Both the position numbers and the translations under genes were made by a program. A DNA stretch of 64,000 nt from an uncultured SAR86 cluster bacterium (lineage in GTDB: Bacteria > Pseudomonadota > Gammaproteobacteria > Magnimaribacterales > D2472), in contig CABZRR010000001.1 of NCBI GenBank assembly GCA_902528215.1, positions 128,620 through 192,619 on the forward strand. The letters run 5' to 3'. Of this stretch, positions 32,088 to 43,787 are shown in pieces (within the stretch, counting starts at the first letter, position 1; every line of letters begins with the position of its first letter). The notes below the pieces were generated by a model. The model was not told the origin of the DNA. It did not search any database and saw only the letters and a list, made by a program, of their open reading frames with translations.

Positions 32088-32624
32088 TTAAAAATTTAAT
32101 TGATTTACTAATTTTTTGACCTTTCCTCTTATGGATAGATCCAGAGTTTCATCTCCGATTTTGATTGACAGGCCGCCCATGATAGAGGGGTCCTTTGAAA
32201 ATTCTACATTCGAACCCTCTCCGTGTTCTTCAAGAAGTTTTTCTACGATAATTTTTTTATTATCCTCAGAAGGTTGATCGGCAACATTCACAAGAATAGA
32301 GCTTGTTTTATTATGTTGCTCTAAAAGTTCTTGATAACCTACATAAATTGTTTCAATAAGATTAAGTCTTTTGTTTTCCGCAAGGAGTTCCAACATCTTA
32401 TTAGACAAATCGCCCACTTCTCCGTCTGCTAAACCAATAATAGTGCTAGCTATTTGTTCTTTTGAAAGTTGTGGATCTTGAATCAAATTGGCAATCTCTT
32501 TGGTTTGAGACACAGCTGATAACAAGGCAAGATCCTGTGCAACTGCCTCATGCTTTCCTTCATCTAAAGCTGCGGTAAAAATAGCTTTGGCATAAGGTCT
32601 TGCGAGTGGTGAAAGTTCTATCAT
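32088..32624 (-). CDS. atpH: F0F1 ATP synthase subunit delta
   Basis: 178 aa, called from operon position and the OSCP-like sequence. Confidence 0.88.
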   Translation of the reverse strand: MIELSPLARPYAKAIFTAALDEGKHEAVAQDLALLSAVSQTKEIANLIQDPQLSKEQIASTIIGLADGEVGDLSNKMLELLAENKRLNLIETIYVGYQELLEQHNKTSSILVNVADQPSEDNKKIIVEKLLEEHGEGSNVEFSKDPSIMGGLSIKIGDETLDLSIRGKVKKLVNQLNF

Positions 32625-32627
32625 TTT

Positions 32628-33098
32628 TTATAACTCAGAAGCTGCTTTTTTAAGCAACTCTTGATGTTTCTCTGGGCTAATTTCATCTCCCAATATTTTT
32701 TCAGAAGTATCGATAATAAGTTCTGACATTTTTTGCCTTAACTCTTCTTTGGCTTTATTGACGTCATTCTCAATGGTTTTAGATGCTGAGGATAAAATCT
32801 TTTCAGCTTCTGTCTCTGCTTTTGCTGTCGCATCGCTAACAATTTGAGAGGCTCTAAGGTTGGCTTTTTCTAATATTTCCGCGGCCTCTGCTTTTGCCTT
32901 GCTCATCTCTTGATCAAAGGCGAGTTGAGCTTCTTCCAAAGAATCATCTGCTTTTTTTGCTGCCTCTAAACCATCCGCTATTCGCTTCTCTCTTTCTTCC
33001 ATTATCGCAATGATAGGAGGCCATACATACTTCCAACAAATTGCTACAAAAATAACAAATGCTAATGTTTGACCTAAGAGAGTTGCGTTAATATTCAT
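32628..33098 (-). CDS. atpF: F0F1 ATP synthase subunit b
   Basis: 156 aa. N-terminal TM helix followed by a long charged helix. Confidence 0.88.
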   Translation of the reverse strand: MNINATLLGQTLAFVIFVAICWKYVWPPIIAIMEEREKRIADGLEAAKKADDSLEEAQLAFDQEMSKAKAEAAEILEKANLRASQIVSDATAKAETEAEKILSSASKTIENDVNKAKEELRQKMSELIIDTSEKILGDEISPEKHQELLKKAASEL

Positions 33099-33105
33099 TG
33101 TTTAT

Positions 33106-33342
<237 letters not shown>

Positions 33343-33355
33343 CTAAAAATAAGAC

Positions 33356-34496
<1,141 letters not shown>

Positions 34497-34600
34497 TAGA
34501 CCTATGGCAGATAACCGATTTTTTTTTAAAGTGTTAATTTTAAGCTAAGTATGTTTTTTTACGAGGCAGATTATAAAAATTAATGGTCTTTAGGACAAGC

Positions 34601-35473
34601 TTAATTTTTCTTTAATTTTAATAATTTGCTTATAATTGCTTCACACTCATCTTTGGATGAGTATGAAATAGAAATTTTTCCTTTTGAAGTGGTTTGTTGG
34701 TCAATTTGGGTTTTGTGACCAATGTTTTCAGATAGCTCCTCCTCGATATTTAAAAGATCTCTATTTTTTGTTTTGACGGAGCTCTTAATGCTTTTAGTTT
34801 TTGTTGAAGAGGCGGCGTCTTTTACGGTCATGCCTAAAGTAACTATTTTTTGTGCCAGCTCCTCAGCTTCGTTGGGCTCCATTGATGCAAGGATTTTTGC
34901 ATGCCCTTTTTCTAAGTCACCAGAATATAAGAGCTCAATAATAGACGATGGGAGGTTTAAAAGCCTCATTGAGTTGGCAACAGAGCTTCTGGCCTTTCCT
35001 GTAACTTCCGCAATTTTATCTTGCGTCAAAGAAAACTCTTTTTTTAAACGATCATAACCTCTAGCCTCTTCAATTGGATTTAAGTCTTCCCTTTGAAGGT
35101 TTTCAATAAGCGCAAGTTCAAGTGAAAGCTGGTCTTCTGCTGAATCAATCATACATGGAGCGGTTTGCAGTCCAGCTTCTTTTGCTGCTCTTAATCGTCT
35201 TTCACCCGCTATAAGCTCATAGCCTCCAGCGCCTGTTTCCCTCACAAGAATGGGTGATAAAATACCGTGCTTTGAAATTGACCGTGAGAGTTCTGAAATT
35301 TTTTGATCATCGAATGATTGCCTGGGTTGAAATCTATTTGGTTTAATTTGAGATAACTCTATTTCTTTGATGGTTTTTTTGTCGGGAGACGCAACATCTC
35401 CCAATAGTGCGTCTAGGCCTGTGTTAAGTATTTTGTCCGCCACCTTCAATTCTCCTAATAAGTTCGCCAGCAA
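34601..35473 (-). CDS. parB: Chromosome partitioning protein ParB/Spo0J
   Basis: LIAGERRLRAAK ParB box and an HTH region. The start is uncertain, because the track ORF overlaps the parA end by 50 nt. Confidence 0.9.
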   Translation of the reverse strand: MLANLLGELKVADKILNTGLDALLGDVASPDKKTIKEIELSQIKPNRFQPRQSFDDQKISELSRSISKHGILSPILVRETGAGGYELIAGERRLRAAKEAGLQTAPCMIDSAEDQLSLELALIENLQREDLNPIEEARGYDRLKKEFSLTQDKIAEVTGKARSSVANSMRLLNLPSSIIELLYSGDLEKGHAKILASMEPNEAEELAQKIVTLGMTVKDAASSTKTKSIKSSVKTKNRDLLNIEEELSENIGHKTQIDQQTTSKGKISISYSSKDECEAIISKLLKLKKN

Positions 35474-36188
35474 GAGCTAAATAAGCTTTTGCACCAAATG
35501 ACGACGGCATGTATTGAATTGCCGAAGTTCCGTGGCTGGGCGCTTCTGCTAATTTAACATTTCTTGGAATGAGTGTGTTAAAAACCAAGGATGGGAAATG
35601 TTTTTCTAGCTCTTCGGATACCTCTTTTGCTAGATTGTTTCTCATATCAACCATTGTCCTGACAATTCCAAAAACCTCGTTGTTTGTAAGGTTTTTGTTT
35701 TTGAGAGTATTTATTGTGTTTATAAGAGATGATATGCCTTCAAGGGAATAATATTCGCATTGGAGAGGTATAAGAGTTGCTGTCGCGGCAAAAAGCGACT
35801 CTAGTGTTAGTTGATTTAAAGACGGCGGTGTATCCATTATTATAAATTCGTACTCTAGAGGGCTTAATTGTTTTTTTAGTTCGCCTTGTTTGTTATCACT
35901 TCTTATAAAAACTTCCAACGCAATTAAATTCTCGCCCCCTGGTATGACGTCATATCCACTGGGTGACTTCGATATGTGCGCTTTGATGTTAAGACCTTCA
36001 GAGTAAATTTTATAAAGGGTTTTTTCATTTTTGGACACTCCAGCTGCTGTGCTCGCGTTTCCTTGGGGGTCCAGATCAATTAAAAGAACTCTGCGTTTAG
36101 TCGCTGCGAGGGCTGCGGCAAGGTTAACTGCTGTAGTTGTTTTTCCAACTCCACCTTTTTGATTGGCAATAGCGATAATGTGTTTCAT
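35424..36188 (-). CDS. parA: Chromosome partitioning ATPase ParA/Soj
   Basis: Deviant Walker A NQKGGVGKTT. 254 aa. Confidence 0.93.
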   Translation of the reverse strand: MKHIIAIANQKGGVGKTTTAVNLAAALAATKRRVLLIDLDPQGNASTAAGVSKNEKTLYKIYSEGLNIKAHISKSPSGYDVIPGGENLIALEVFIRSDNKQGELKKQLSPLEYEFIIMDTPPSLNQLTLESLFAATATLIPLQCEYYSLEGISSLINTINTLKNKNLTNNEVFGIVRTMVDMRNNLAKEVSEELEKHFPSLVFNTLIPRNVKLAEAPSHGTSAIQYMPSSFGAKAYLALAGELIRRIEGGGQNT

Positions 36189-36727
36189 TTTTTGGTTATC
36201 TCTAAAATGTGCCTGTGCTTATCTTTGATGTTTGTTTTATGGATATTGTAAGAGTATGTATTATTATCCAACTGAGCAACCTCTTCTTTGGTTTTTTCTA
36301 ATGTTCCCTTCATAAGAACATATTTACCATTTTTTGATAGCAAATGTTCTGACCAACTAATTATTTTTGGTGTTGGTGCTAGAGCTCTTGCAGTAATAAT
36401 ATCAAAGAGTTTTTTTGTTGTTGTTTTGGGATTTATAGCTTTATTCTTGATTCTAGCGTTACTGAGCCCAAGCATTTGAATTGTTTTTTTTATAAAGTAT
36501 GCTTTTTTTTGATTTTTTTCTGACATTGTTATGTATGATGAGGGTTGCAGAATTGCTATAAGCAGGCCTGGAAGCCCGGCTCCGCTTCCAATGTCAAGTA
36601 TTTCTTTTTCTGGTGGTATGTGTTTAAGAACCATCTGACAATCGAGGATATCTTGTGAATAGATTTCTTCTTTGGTGTGTCGTCCAACTATATTATGAGC
36701 TTTGTTGAATTTTAATATTTCCTCCAC
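36185..36727 (-). CDS. rsmG: 16S rRNA (guanine527-N7)-methyltransferase
   Basis: SAM motif DIGSGAGLPGL and synteny mnmG-rsmG-parA. At 180 aa it is slightly short, so the start may lie upstream. Confidence 0.85.
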   Translation of the reverse strand: MEEILKFNKAHNIVGRHTKEEIYSQDILDCQMVLKHIPPEKEILDIGSGAGLPGLLIAILQPSSYITMSEKNQKKAYFIKKTIQMLGLSNARIKNKAINPKTTTKKLFDIITARALAPTPKIISWSEHLLSKNGKYVLMKGTLEKTKEEVAQLDNNTYSYNIHKTNIKDKHRHILEITKK

Positions 36728-36773
36728 ATATGTTTCTATGAGATTGTCTTGTTGGTCGTATCTTTTGATTGGG

Positions 36774-38591
36774 TTATGCCTTCTCTAATAATTGGTGTTT
36801 TTTAATTGTTATGGCAAGTAGATTTATGGCTGCAGGTGTGATCCCCTCAAGCCTGCTGGCTTGTCCAAGGGATGCTGGTTTGTGCGTGTTTAATTTTTCA
36901 ACCACTTCGTTTGATAGCCCCTTTATAAGTGAGTAATCTATTTCTTTCGGTATTTTTGTTTTTTCATTTTTTTTGGAGCCTTCTACCTCTCTTTGTTGTT
37001 TTGCTATATAGCCCTTGTATTTAATTTCATTTGATGCTCTGTTGAAAAACTTCTCTTCTTTTTTTGAAATCTTAAATATTTTTTTTAACTCTGTTTTATC
37101 AAGGTCGGTTCTTTTTAGCAGCTCGTCACCCGAAGCTGATTTGCCGTTTTTATTAATTTTTAGTTTTTTTATGTGGTTTAAAAATGTTTGGTATTTATTT
37201 TCTAGCTCTACAAAAGACTGAAAAACTTTATCACTTATAAGGCCTAGAGAGTGGCCTTTTTTGGTCAGTCTTTGGCATGCTGTATCCTGAGATAACATGA
37301 GTCTATACTCTGCTCGGCTGGTAAACATTCTATATGGTTCTGTTACCCCGTTAAGTGTTAAATCATCTATTAATACACCAATATATGCCTCACTTCTATC
37401 GAATATAACCTCAGCTTTTTTTAATACTGCTTGGCCTGCATTTATACCAGCAACTAAGCCCTGAGCCGCTGCCTCCTCATATCCTGTTGTTCCGTTAATT
37501 TGACCTGCTAGATAAAAACTCTTAAGAAATTTTGTTTCTAGGGTTGGGTGAAGGGATCTCGGATCAATAAAATCATATTCAACAGCATATCCAAACTCTT
37601 CTATTTCTGAATTCTCAAGCCCATTTATTGACTCTATAAAATCTTTCTGAGCAGCGCTTGGTAAGCTTGTTGAAATACCATTTGGATAAACCAAATCTTT
37701 ATTTAGACCTTCGGGTTCTATAAATATTTGATGGCTATCTTTTTCGCTAAACTTATTAATTTTATCTTCTATTGATGGGCAATATCGAGGGCCTATTCCT
37801 GATATTTTTCCTGAGTACATGGCAGAAAGATGTGTATTGTTTAAAATTATTTGATGTGTTTTTTTGTTTGTTCTGGTGATATAGCATGATATTTGTGGGA
37901 GCTTTTTTGCTGGAGGCTGCAGAACTGACATAGAGGGCGAATTTGGGTCTCCCGGTTGTTCATCCATAACGCTGAGCTCAATGCTGGACAGCTTGATTCT
38001 TGCCGGGGTTCCTGTTTTCAACCTTCCCATAGGTAGTTTCAAATCATAGAGTTTTTTGGATAATGGGACAGACGAACCATCGCCTACACGCCCACCTAGA
38101 GAAGTTTCTTCACCTTTATACATAACACCATTAAGAAAAGTTCCTGTTGTTAAGATGGTCTTTAGTGATTCTATTTTCTCACCATTTTTTAACACAACGC
38201 CTTTGATATTGTCGTTATGAATAAGAATGTCAACCACCTCCCCTTCCTTAATATAAATGTTTGTCTTATTCAAAGCGTCTTGAATTGCTTTTTTGTATTT
38301 ATCTCTGTCGCATTGCACTCGAAGTGCCTGTACTGCAAAACCCTTTCTTGTATTTAGAGTTCTCGATTGAATACCGGATGCGTCTGTAGCTTGAGCCATA
38401 ATCCCCCCTAACGCATCGACCTCCCTAACTAAATGTGATTTTCCCAACCCACCAATAGCTGGATTGCAGGACATCTGGCCAATAGTGTCTTTCTTAAAGG
38501 TGACAAGACAACATTTAAGCCCCTGTCTAAAAACAGCGTGCGCCGCTTCAACACCAGCATGTCCACCACCAATTACTATTACATCAAACAT
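36774..38591 (-). CDS. mnmG: tRNA uridine 5-carboxymethylaminomethyl modification enzyme
   Basis: FAD motif [12 protein letters not shown] prefer the ATG at 38589-38591 ([10 protein letters not shown]). The track ORF begins two codons upstream at a TTG (38597). Confidence 0.95.
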   Translation of the reverse strand: MFDVIVIGGGHAGVEAAHAVFRQGLKCCLVTFKKDTIGQMSCNPAIGGLGKSHLVREVDALGGIMAQATDASGIQSRTLNTRKGFAVQALRVQCDRDKYKKAIQDALNKTNIYIKEGEVVDILIHNDNIKGVVLKNGEKIESLKTILTTGTFLNGVMYKGEETSLGGRVGDGSSVPLSKKLYDLKLPMGRLKTGTPARIKLSSIELSVMDEQPGDPNSPSMSVLQPPAKKLPQISCYITRTNKKTHQIILNNTHLSAMYSGKISGIGPRYCPSIEDKINKFSEKDSHQIFIEPEGLNKDLVYPNGISTSLPSAAQKDFIESINGLENSEIEEFGYAVEYDFIDPRSLHPTLETKFLKSFYLAGQINGTTGYEEAAAQGLVAGINAGQAVLKKAEVIFDRSEAYIGVLIDDLTLNGVTEPYRMFTSRAEYRLMLSQDTACQRLTKKGHSLGLISDKVFQSFVELENKYQTFLNHIKKLKINKNGKSASGDELLKRTDLDKTELKKIFKISKKEEKFFNRASNEIKYKGYIAKQQREVEGSKKNEKTKIPKEIDYSLIKGLSNEVVEKLNTHKPASLGQASRLEGITPAAINLLAITIKKHQLLEKA

Positions 38592-38649
38592 ATACAAGAA
38601 TGTTATAACAACAATATATTATTGTTGTTGTTATTAAGGGAATTTTTTT

Positions 38650-38658
38650 TGTGTATAA
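38650..38658 (-). promoter_or_regulatory. DnaA box (TTATACACA, fits TTATNCACA)
   Basis: Plus strand reads tgtgtataa. Located in the mnmG-mnmE intergenic region. Confidence 0.5.
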
Positions 38659-38748
38659 AGCCTACAAGTCTAGTATCTAAAAGACTAACTGAAACTAATA
38701 AGTTATGTAAACCCAACACCGTAAATTGTAGTTTTCTATTAAATAAGA

Positions 38749-38757
38749 TGTGGATAA
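38749..38757 (-). promoter_or_regulatory. DnaA box, perfect consensus TTATCCACA
   Basis: Plus strand reads tgtggataa. Located in the mnmG-mnmE intergenic region. Confidence 0.6.
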
Positions 38758-38797
38758 AAATAAAATAAAAACTAATCACAATTTTCCCACATTTTAT

Positions 38798-40105
38798 CTA
38801 CTTCCCTATACAGAAATCTTTAAAAATATCACCAAGCAAATCATCAGAATGCTTGATGCCCAAAAACTCATCAAGGGAGGATCTAACCAGTCTTAAATCC
38901 TCTGCCGCAATATCAACATCATACTCATTAGAAATTTTCTCAATACAAGCATTTAGGCTTGATAGGGCTGACTTAAAACATTTAAGGTGTCGATCCCTAA
39001 TAACAAATGTTTTTTTTGTAACATCTTTATCCTCTTGTATCAATTCAAAAATTTTATTCTTTAACTCCTGTACACCATCACCTGACTTTGCAGAAACGAC
39101 ACAGTCATAAAAGCCGTTTGGATGTTGCTTGTCAGACTTGTTAAAAACAACCAGATGTTTTTTATCAGACAATTTAGATTTAAATCTTGATAATAGCTCT
39201 TCTGTATCGTGATCTAAAATTATAAGAATCAAATTAGAACTCTTAACCTCATCACCAGAAAGGGCTACACCGCTTCTCTCGACCAAATCATCCGTTTCCC
39301 GAATACCTGCCGAGTCTACCAACTCCATATTTACACTATTATAAAAAATCTCAGAGTCAATTAGATCTCTGGTTGTCCCAGGAATCTTTGATACTAATGC
39401 CCTATCAAAGCCCAGCATACGGTTAAACAAAGATGATTTACCCGTATTAGGGGGCCCAAAAAACAAAACCCTGTTTTTTGATAGTTTTCTGCTTGAAACT
39501 AATGAAGAATCTATTAAACCGGCTAAAGAAGATTTTATTTTAACCAGCCTTTCTTCAACGTTTCCTGCTGCAATAAAATTATGGTCTTCATCTGAAAAAT
39601 CAATACTTCCCTCGACAAAAACCCTTAGGGCATCAACATCATTACCCAGTGTATAAACAATTTCGCTTAGTTTGCCAGCCACAGCTTCTGAGAAAAGCTG
39701 GCCTCTTACAGCGTCTTCTGAATTAATCAAATCAACAACTGCCTCGGCCTCATTTAAAGAAAGCTTACCGTTTTCAAACGCGACCCTTGAAAATTCACCG
39801 GGATCAGCCTCCCTGAAACCTAGCGATAAAAAAACCTCTGTTAATGACCTAATAACCGAAAGGCTTCCATGACAGTAAACCTCTACAGAATCCTCACCCG
39901 TATAACTGTTAGGGCTTGAATAGTAGACAACAGAGCATCTATCAACCAGAGCCCCCTCCCAAATAATATCTCTTAAAAAAACTTTCCGGTAATCTGTGAT
40001 GGATTTATTGATAACACTATTAAATTTCTGACAACAACCCTCACCAGATATTCGAAAAACGGCAATTGCAGATTGTGTCACTGGAGTTGCTAGTGCAAAA
40101 ATCAA
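38798..40105 (-). CDS. mnmE: tRNA modification GTPase
   Basis: G-domain GPPNTGKSSLFN, DSAG, NKSD and the C-terminal CIGK motif. Confidence 0.95.
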   Translation of the reverse strand: MIFALATPVTQSAIAVFRISGEGCCQKFNSVINKSITDYRKVFLRDIIWEGALVDRCSVVYYSSPNSYTGEDSVEVYCHGSLSVIRSLTEVFLSLGFREADPGEFSRVAFENGKLSLNEAEAVVDLINSEDAVRGQLFSEAVAGKLSEIVYTLGNDVDALRVFVEGSIDFSDEDHNFIAAGNVEERLVKIKSSLAGLIDSSLVSSRKLSKNRVLFFGPPNTGKSSLFNRMLGFDRALVSKIPGTTRDLIDSEIFYNSVNMELVDSAGIRETDDLVERSGVALSGDEVKSSNLILIILDHDTEELLSRFKSKLSDKKHLVVFNKSDKQHPNGFYDCVVSAKSGDGVQELKNKIFELIQEDKDVTKKTFVIRDRHLKCFKSALSSLNACIEKISNEYDVDIAAEDLRLVRSSLDEFLGIKHSDDLLGDIFKDFCIGK

Positions 40106-40116
40106 AACACAAACTC

Positions 40117-41679
40117 CTAACCGCCACCTGATCCAGAATAAATAGATGCACCATATTTTTTATACATAGCTCTTTGTTGAATGAGAGATATTGCGCTGTT
40201 TGCAACAGAGTACAAAACAAGACCTGCTGGCATGATTACAAAAATAACAGCGATCATTACCGGCATAAATTTCATGATTTGCGCTTGAGTTGGATCCATG
40301 CCTGGTGGTTGAGGGTTAAGCTGTTGTGTTAGATACATAAGAGCAGCAAATACAACCGGCAAAATAAAAAATGGGTCAGGAGCAGACAAATCCTGTATCC
40401 AGAAAAAGAAAGATTCATGCCTTAGCTCAACGCTTTCTCTCAAACAAAAAAAGAAAGCTATAAAAACTGGCATTTGAAGAAACAATGGAAAACAACCACC
40501 AGCGGGGTTTATACCCTCTTTTTTATAAAGTGCCATCATCTCTGTTCCAAGTTTTGTCCTATCGTCTTTGTACCTCTCTTGTATTTCTTTTAACTTTGGC
40601 TGCGCTGTTCGCATTTTAGCCATACTAGAAAAACCCTTGGCAGAAATTGGCCAAAGCAACAACTTAACCAATACTGTCAAAAGTATAATCGAGACACCCC
40701 AATTACCCACAAAAACATTGATCATACTCAACAACATCATAAGGGGTTGAGCTAAAAACCAAAACCAACCCATATCAATTGTTAGCTCCAGATCAGACGC
40801 CCGACTGATCAAATCAGAACGAATTTTAGGCCCAAGAAAAACCCTATGATCTACACCAGAAATAAGATCGCTTGCTTTTGCCTCTCTAGACATGGCCCCC
40901 ATTACGTATGTATCAGAGCCAGAGGTCGGAGGAAGGGCAATCAATGTCTGAACTCTTTCTGAGGGAGTTAGAATTGCTGCCATAAAATATTTTTGTATGA
41001 AGGCAACCCAACCACCCCTTTGAAAATACTCTATTCTTTCGTCAATAGACCTAAGCCTGCTATTTGCATACGGTTCGTCAGGCGTATTAAAAGCGACCCC
41101 TGTATAACTGCTGTTTTCAAAAAAATTATCCCTAGCGTCTAATGCCCGCCCATCTGTTCTATACATTGCAATGTATGGAGTAGGCAGATCAACAGGAAGA
41201 TTTCCAACCCAAACATCTTTTATTATTAATTCGTAATCATTTTCTTTTAGAGCTATATTTTTACTAATTTTGCCATCAGTTGATACAAGCTCAACCGAGG
41301 AAGGCCGCACATTTACAATCTCAAATTTTTGATCCTCGGAAGCAAAACCACTATTAAGATAGAATTTAAATCCAGTAGCATTATCAAAACCAAATAACCT
41401 TACACCCAAAGAGTCATCATTGTTAAGATAGGTATGCTCTTTAAGTCTTGCTTCCCAAATTTTTCCGGTAACAGGGCTTATCTTTACAACCAATTTAGTA
41501 TTTTGTATTTCTATAAAATCTTCTGTTTCCCCGGCTGGGAGAACTTGCTGATTTTTGCTTAAGTCTATGGCGGTTGCTTCAGCAACCTCTTGCTTGATTT
41601 CCTTTTCAGCATTCCAAGATAAAAACAAAACGTATGATAGAGCAACAACAGAAGCTATGTAAAAATATCTCCAATTCAT
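40117..41679 (-). CDS. yidC: Membrane protein insertase YidC
   Basis: 520 aa with a large periplasmic domain and a conserved C-terminal 5-TM core (GCFPLFLQMPVFIAFF). Confidence 0.95.
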   Translation of the reverse strand: MNWRYFYIASVVALSYVLFLSWNAEKEIKQEVAEATAIDLSKNQQVLPAGETEDFIEIQNTKLVVKISPVTGKIWEARLKEHTYLNNDDSLGVRLFGFDNATGFKFYLNSGFASEDQKFEIVNVRPSSVELVSTDGKISKNIALKENDYELIIKDVWVGNLPVDLPTPYIAMYRTDGRALDARDNFFENSSYTGVAFNTPDEPYANSRLRSIDERIEYFQRGGWVAFIQKYFMAAILTPSERVQTLIALPPTSGSDTYVMGAMSREAKASDLISGVDHRVFLGPKIRSDLISRASDLELTIDMGWFWFLAQPLMMLLSMINVFVGNWGVSIILLTVLVKLLLWPISAKGFSSMAKMRTAQPKLKEIQERYKDDRTKLGTEMMALYKKEGINPAGGCFPLFLQMPVFIAFFFCLRESVELRHESFFFWIQDLSAPDPFFILPVVFAALMYLTQQLNPQPPGMDPTQAQIMKFMPVMIAVIFVIMPAGLVLYSVANSAISLIQQRAMYKKYGASIYSGSGGG

Positions 41680-41888
41680 TTTTTTACTTCATCAACGCCG
41701 CCAGCTGACCACGGCCCACATTTTAAAATCCTTACAAAAGAGTAAAAACTACCAACAATCACCCCATGAACTTCAATACTCTCTTTTGCATATTGCGAGC
41801 ATGTTGGCTCAAATTTACAATTTTTGCCGAACAAAAAACTTAAATATTTTTGATAAAAGTCAATCGTGAATATAAAAAAATTTTTCAT
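41676..41888 (-). CDS. yidD: Membrane protein insertion efficiency factor YidD
   Basis: 70 aa with the CKFEPTCSQYA motif. Confidence 0.9.
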   Translation of the reverse strand: MKNFFIFTIDFYQKYLSFLFGKNCKFEPTCSQYAKESIEVHGVIVGSFYSFVRILKCGPWSAGGVDEVKK

Positions 41889-41890
41889 AT

Positions 41891-42193
41891 CTAAACCCTC
41901 TTACTATCACCAAACTTTTCCAAAACAGGATGAAACTCATTAAAAACATTTCTATAACCCATTTCCAAAAAACCAAATCTTACAACCACAACATATCCTC
42001 CGTTGAGACCATTAAAATGAAAAATTTCTTTAATCCAACGCTTAATTTTATTCCGATGTACCGCCAATGAATAGTCTTTCTTCTTAACTATAATCCTAAG
42101 TTTTGCGTTAAGTGATTCTTCATCATAAAAAATTGATGCAAATTTTGAGTGATATATTTTTTTTGAGATAGTGAAGCCTAAATAATTAAGCGG
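41891..42193 (-). CDS. rnpA: Ribonuclease P protein component (start codon unresolved)
   Basis: Hand-translated stop-to-stop frame of 100 codons containing [16 protein letters not shown] (RnpA RNR motif), in the position between rpmH and yidD. There is no ATG/GTG/TTG before codon 43. The coordinates given are the maximal open frame. Confidence 0.7.
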   Translation of the reverse strand, partial: PLNYLGFTISKKIYHSKFASIFYDEESLNAKLRIIVKKKDYSLAVHRNKIKRWIKEIFHFNGLNGGYVVVVRFGFLEMGYRNVFNEFHPVLEKFGDSKRV

Positions 42194-42320
42194 TTAAAAC
42201 CTTGCGACCTTTTTTCCTTCGGTTTGCAATTACAGCTCTTCCTGCCTTAGTTGCCATTCTCGCTCTAAAGCCGTGAGCCCTTTTTCTTTTTAGCGTACTG
42301 GGTTGAAATGTTCTTTTCAT
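42186..42320 (-). CDS. rpmH: 50S ribosomal protein L34
   Basis: Hand-translated: [44 protein letters not shown] (44 aa). It is below the ORF-track size cutoff. Confidence 0.95.
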   Translation of the reverse strand: MKRTFQPSTLKRKRAHGFRARMATKAGRAVIANRRKKGRKVLTA

Positions 42321-42412
42321 ATTTACTCAAAATTTAAGCAAAAAATTATATAACATTGCGTATGAAATGAAAGAAAAAAGAATAAAAAATAAATACATAA
42401 CATATCAACAAG

Positions 42413-42421
42413 ATATCCACA
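42413..42421 (+). promoter_or_regulatory. DnaA-box-like site ATATCCACA (one mismatch to TTATCCACA) upstream of dnaA
   Basis: Read directly. It lies 77 nt upstream of the dnaA start and overlaps the left arm of a 12-bp inverted repeat. Confidence 0.45.
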
Positions 42422-42497
42422 TAAAATACATATGCTTATGCTGTAGATATCTTGTTAGTTTTTGTTAGACTAACTTTTCTACCGGAGGTCTATAAAA

Positions 42498-43787
42498 TTG
42501 AAATTTTGGTCTGAATGTGCTGAAAAACTAGAAGCTAAGCTGTCACAAGAAGAATTTAATACATGGATTAAGCCCTTAAGAGCAAATATTCGCGAAAATA
42601 ATTTAGAGATAAGTGCACCGAATGATTTTGTTTTAAATTATGTACAAGAGAATCTCGGACAAATAATAGAAAATCTGGTAAATCAATCTAACGAATCGCT
42701 TAGTGTAAAATTTAAAACACTGGATAAGTCAACATTTGTTGATAAATTAAAAGTTTCTAAACAAAACAAAGCTTCTCTTGTTCAAAACTTTACATTTAAT
42801 AGCTTTGTAGAAGGAAAATCCAATCATATGGCGCTTGCTGCGGCAAAACAAGTGGCAGCTAATCCCAAGGGAGACTATAACCCCCTCTTTATTTATGGTG
42901 GGGTTGGGCTAGGAAAAACACATCTTATGCATGCCGTAGGAAATGAAATACTTAGTGCAGATACCTCAAAAAGGATAGTTTATGTTCATTCTGAAAAATT
43001 TGTAGCAGATATGGTAAAAGCCCTTCAATTGGGGGCTATGAGTGAATTTAAAGAATTTTATAGGAATGCTGATGCCCTATTAATTGATGATATTCAGTTT
43101 TTTGCTGGCAAAGAGCAGTCGCAAGAGGAGTTTTTTCATACATTTAATACTCTTTTAGATAGAAATCATCAAATGGTTCTCACATGTGATAAATATCCAA
43201 AGGAAATAGATGGTCTTGAAGAGCGACTAAAATCAAGGCTTGGTTGGGGATTGCCGGTAATAATTGAGCCTCCTGAGCTCGAGACGCGAGCAGCAGTCTT
43301 GTTAAGTAAGGCTAATTCCATGGGGGTTAAACTACCAAACGATTGTGCTTTCTATATTGCTCAAAGAATTAGATCCAATATTAGAGAGCTTGAAGGGGCT
43401 CTGAAAAGGGTTGTGGCAAACTCAAGGTTTGCTGACCAAGAGATTGATATTCCTTTTGTCAAAGAAGCGCTAAAAGACTTGTTCGTTATATCGGCGAAGA
43501 TGGTAAGCATTGATAATATTCAAAAGACTGTTGCTGAGTATTACAACATTAAACTATCTGATCTTCTTTCAAAGAGAAGAAGCCGATCAATTACTAGACC
43601 AAGACAATTAGCGATGGCCCTTACGAAATCATTAACCAATCACAGTTTACCAGAAATAGGCGAGGCATTTAATGGAAGAGATCACACCACTGTGCTTCAT
43701 GCGTGTAGTAAAATAAAAGAACTGAGAAAAGAAATTCCGTCCCTCGAAGAAGACTACAGAAACCTAAACAGGACACTTACAAACTAA
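42498..43787 (+). CDS. dnaA: Chromosomal replication initiator protein DnaA
   Basis: TTG start preceded by GGAGG (42484-42488). AAA+ Walker [11 protein letters not shown] and a C-terminal DNA-binding domain ([10 protein letters not shown]). Confidence 0.97.
   Translation: MKFWSECAEKLEAKLSQEEFNTWIKPLRANIRENNLEISAPNDFVLNYVQENLGQIIENLVNQSNESLSVKFKTLDKSTFVDKLKVSKQNKASLVQNFTFNSFVEGKSNHMALAAAKQVAANPKGDYNPLFIYGGVGLGKTHLMHAVGNEILSADTSKRIVYVHSEKFVADMVKALQLGAMSEFKEFYRNADALLIDDIQFFAGKEQSQEEFFHTFNTLLDRNHQMVLTCDKYPKEIDGLEERLKSRLGWGLPVIIEPPELETRAAVLLSKANSMGVKLPNDCAFYIAQRIRSNIRELEGALKRVVANSRFADQEIDIPFVKEALKDLFVISAKMVSIDNIQKTVAEYYNIKLSDLLSKRRSRSITRPRQLAMALTKSLTNHSLPEIGEAFNGRDHTTVLHACSKIKELRKEIPSLEEDYRNLNRTLTN

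Noticed and set aside
35424-35473. 50-nt parA/parB overlap as a programmed feature
   Set aside because: It is more likely an over-extended parB start call. The conserved ParB N-terminal motif (GLDALLG) lies downstream of the overlap, and non-ATG starts are used elsewhere in this window.
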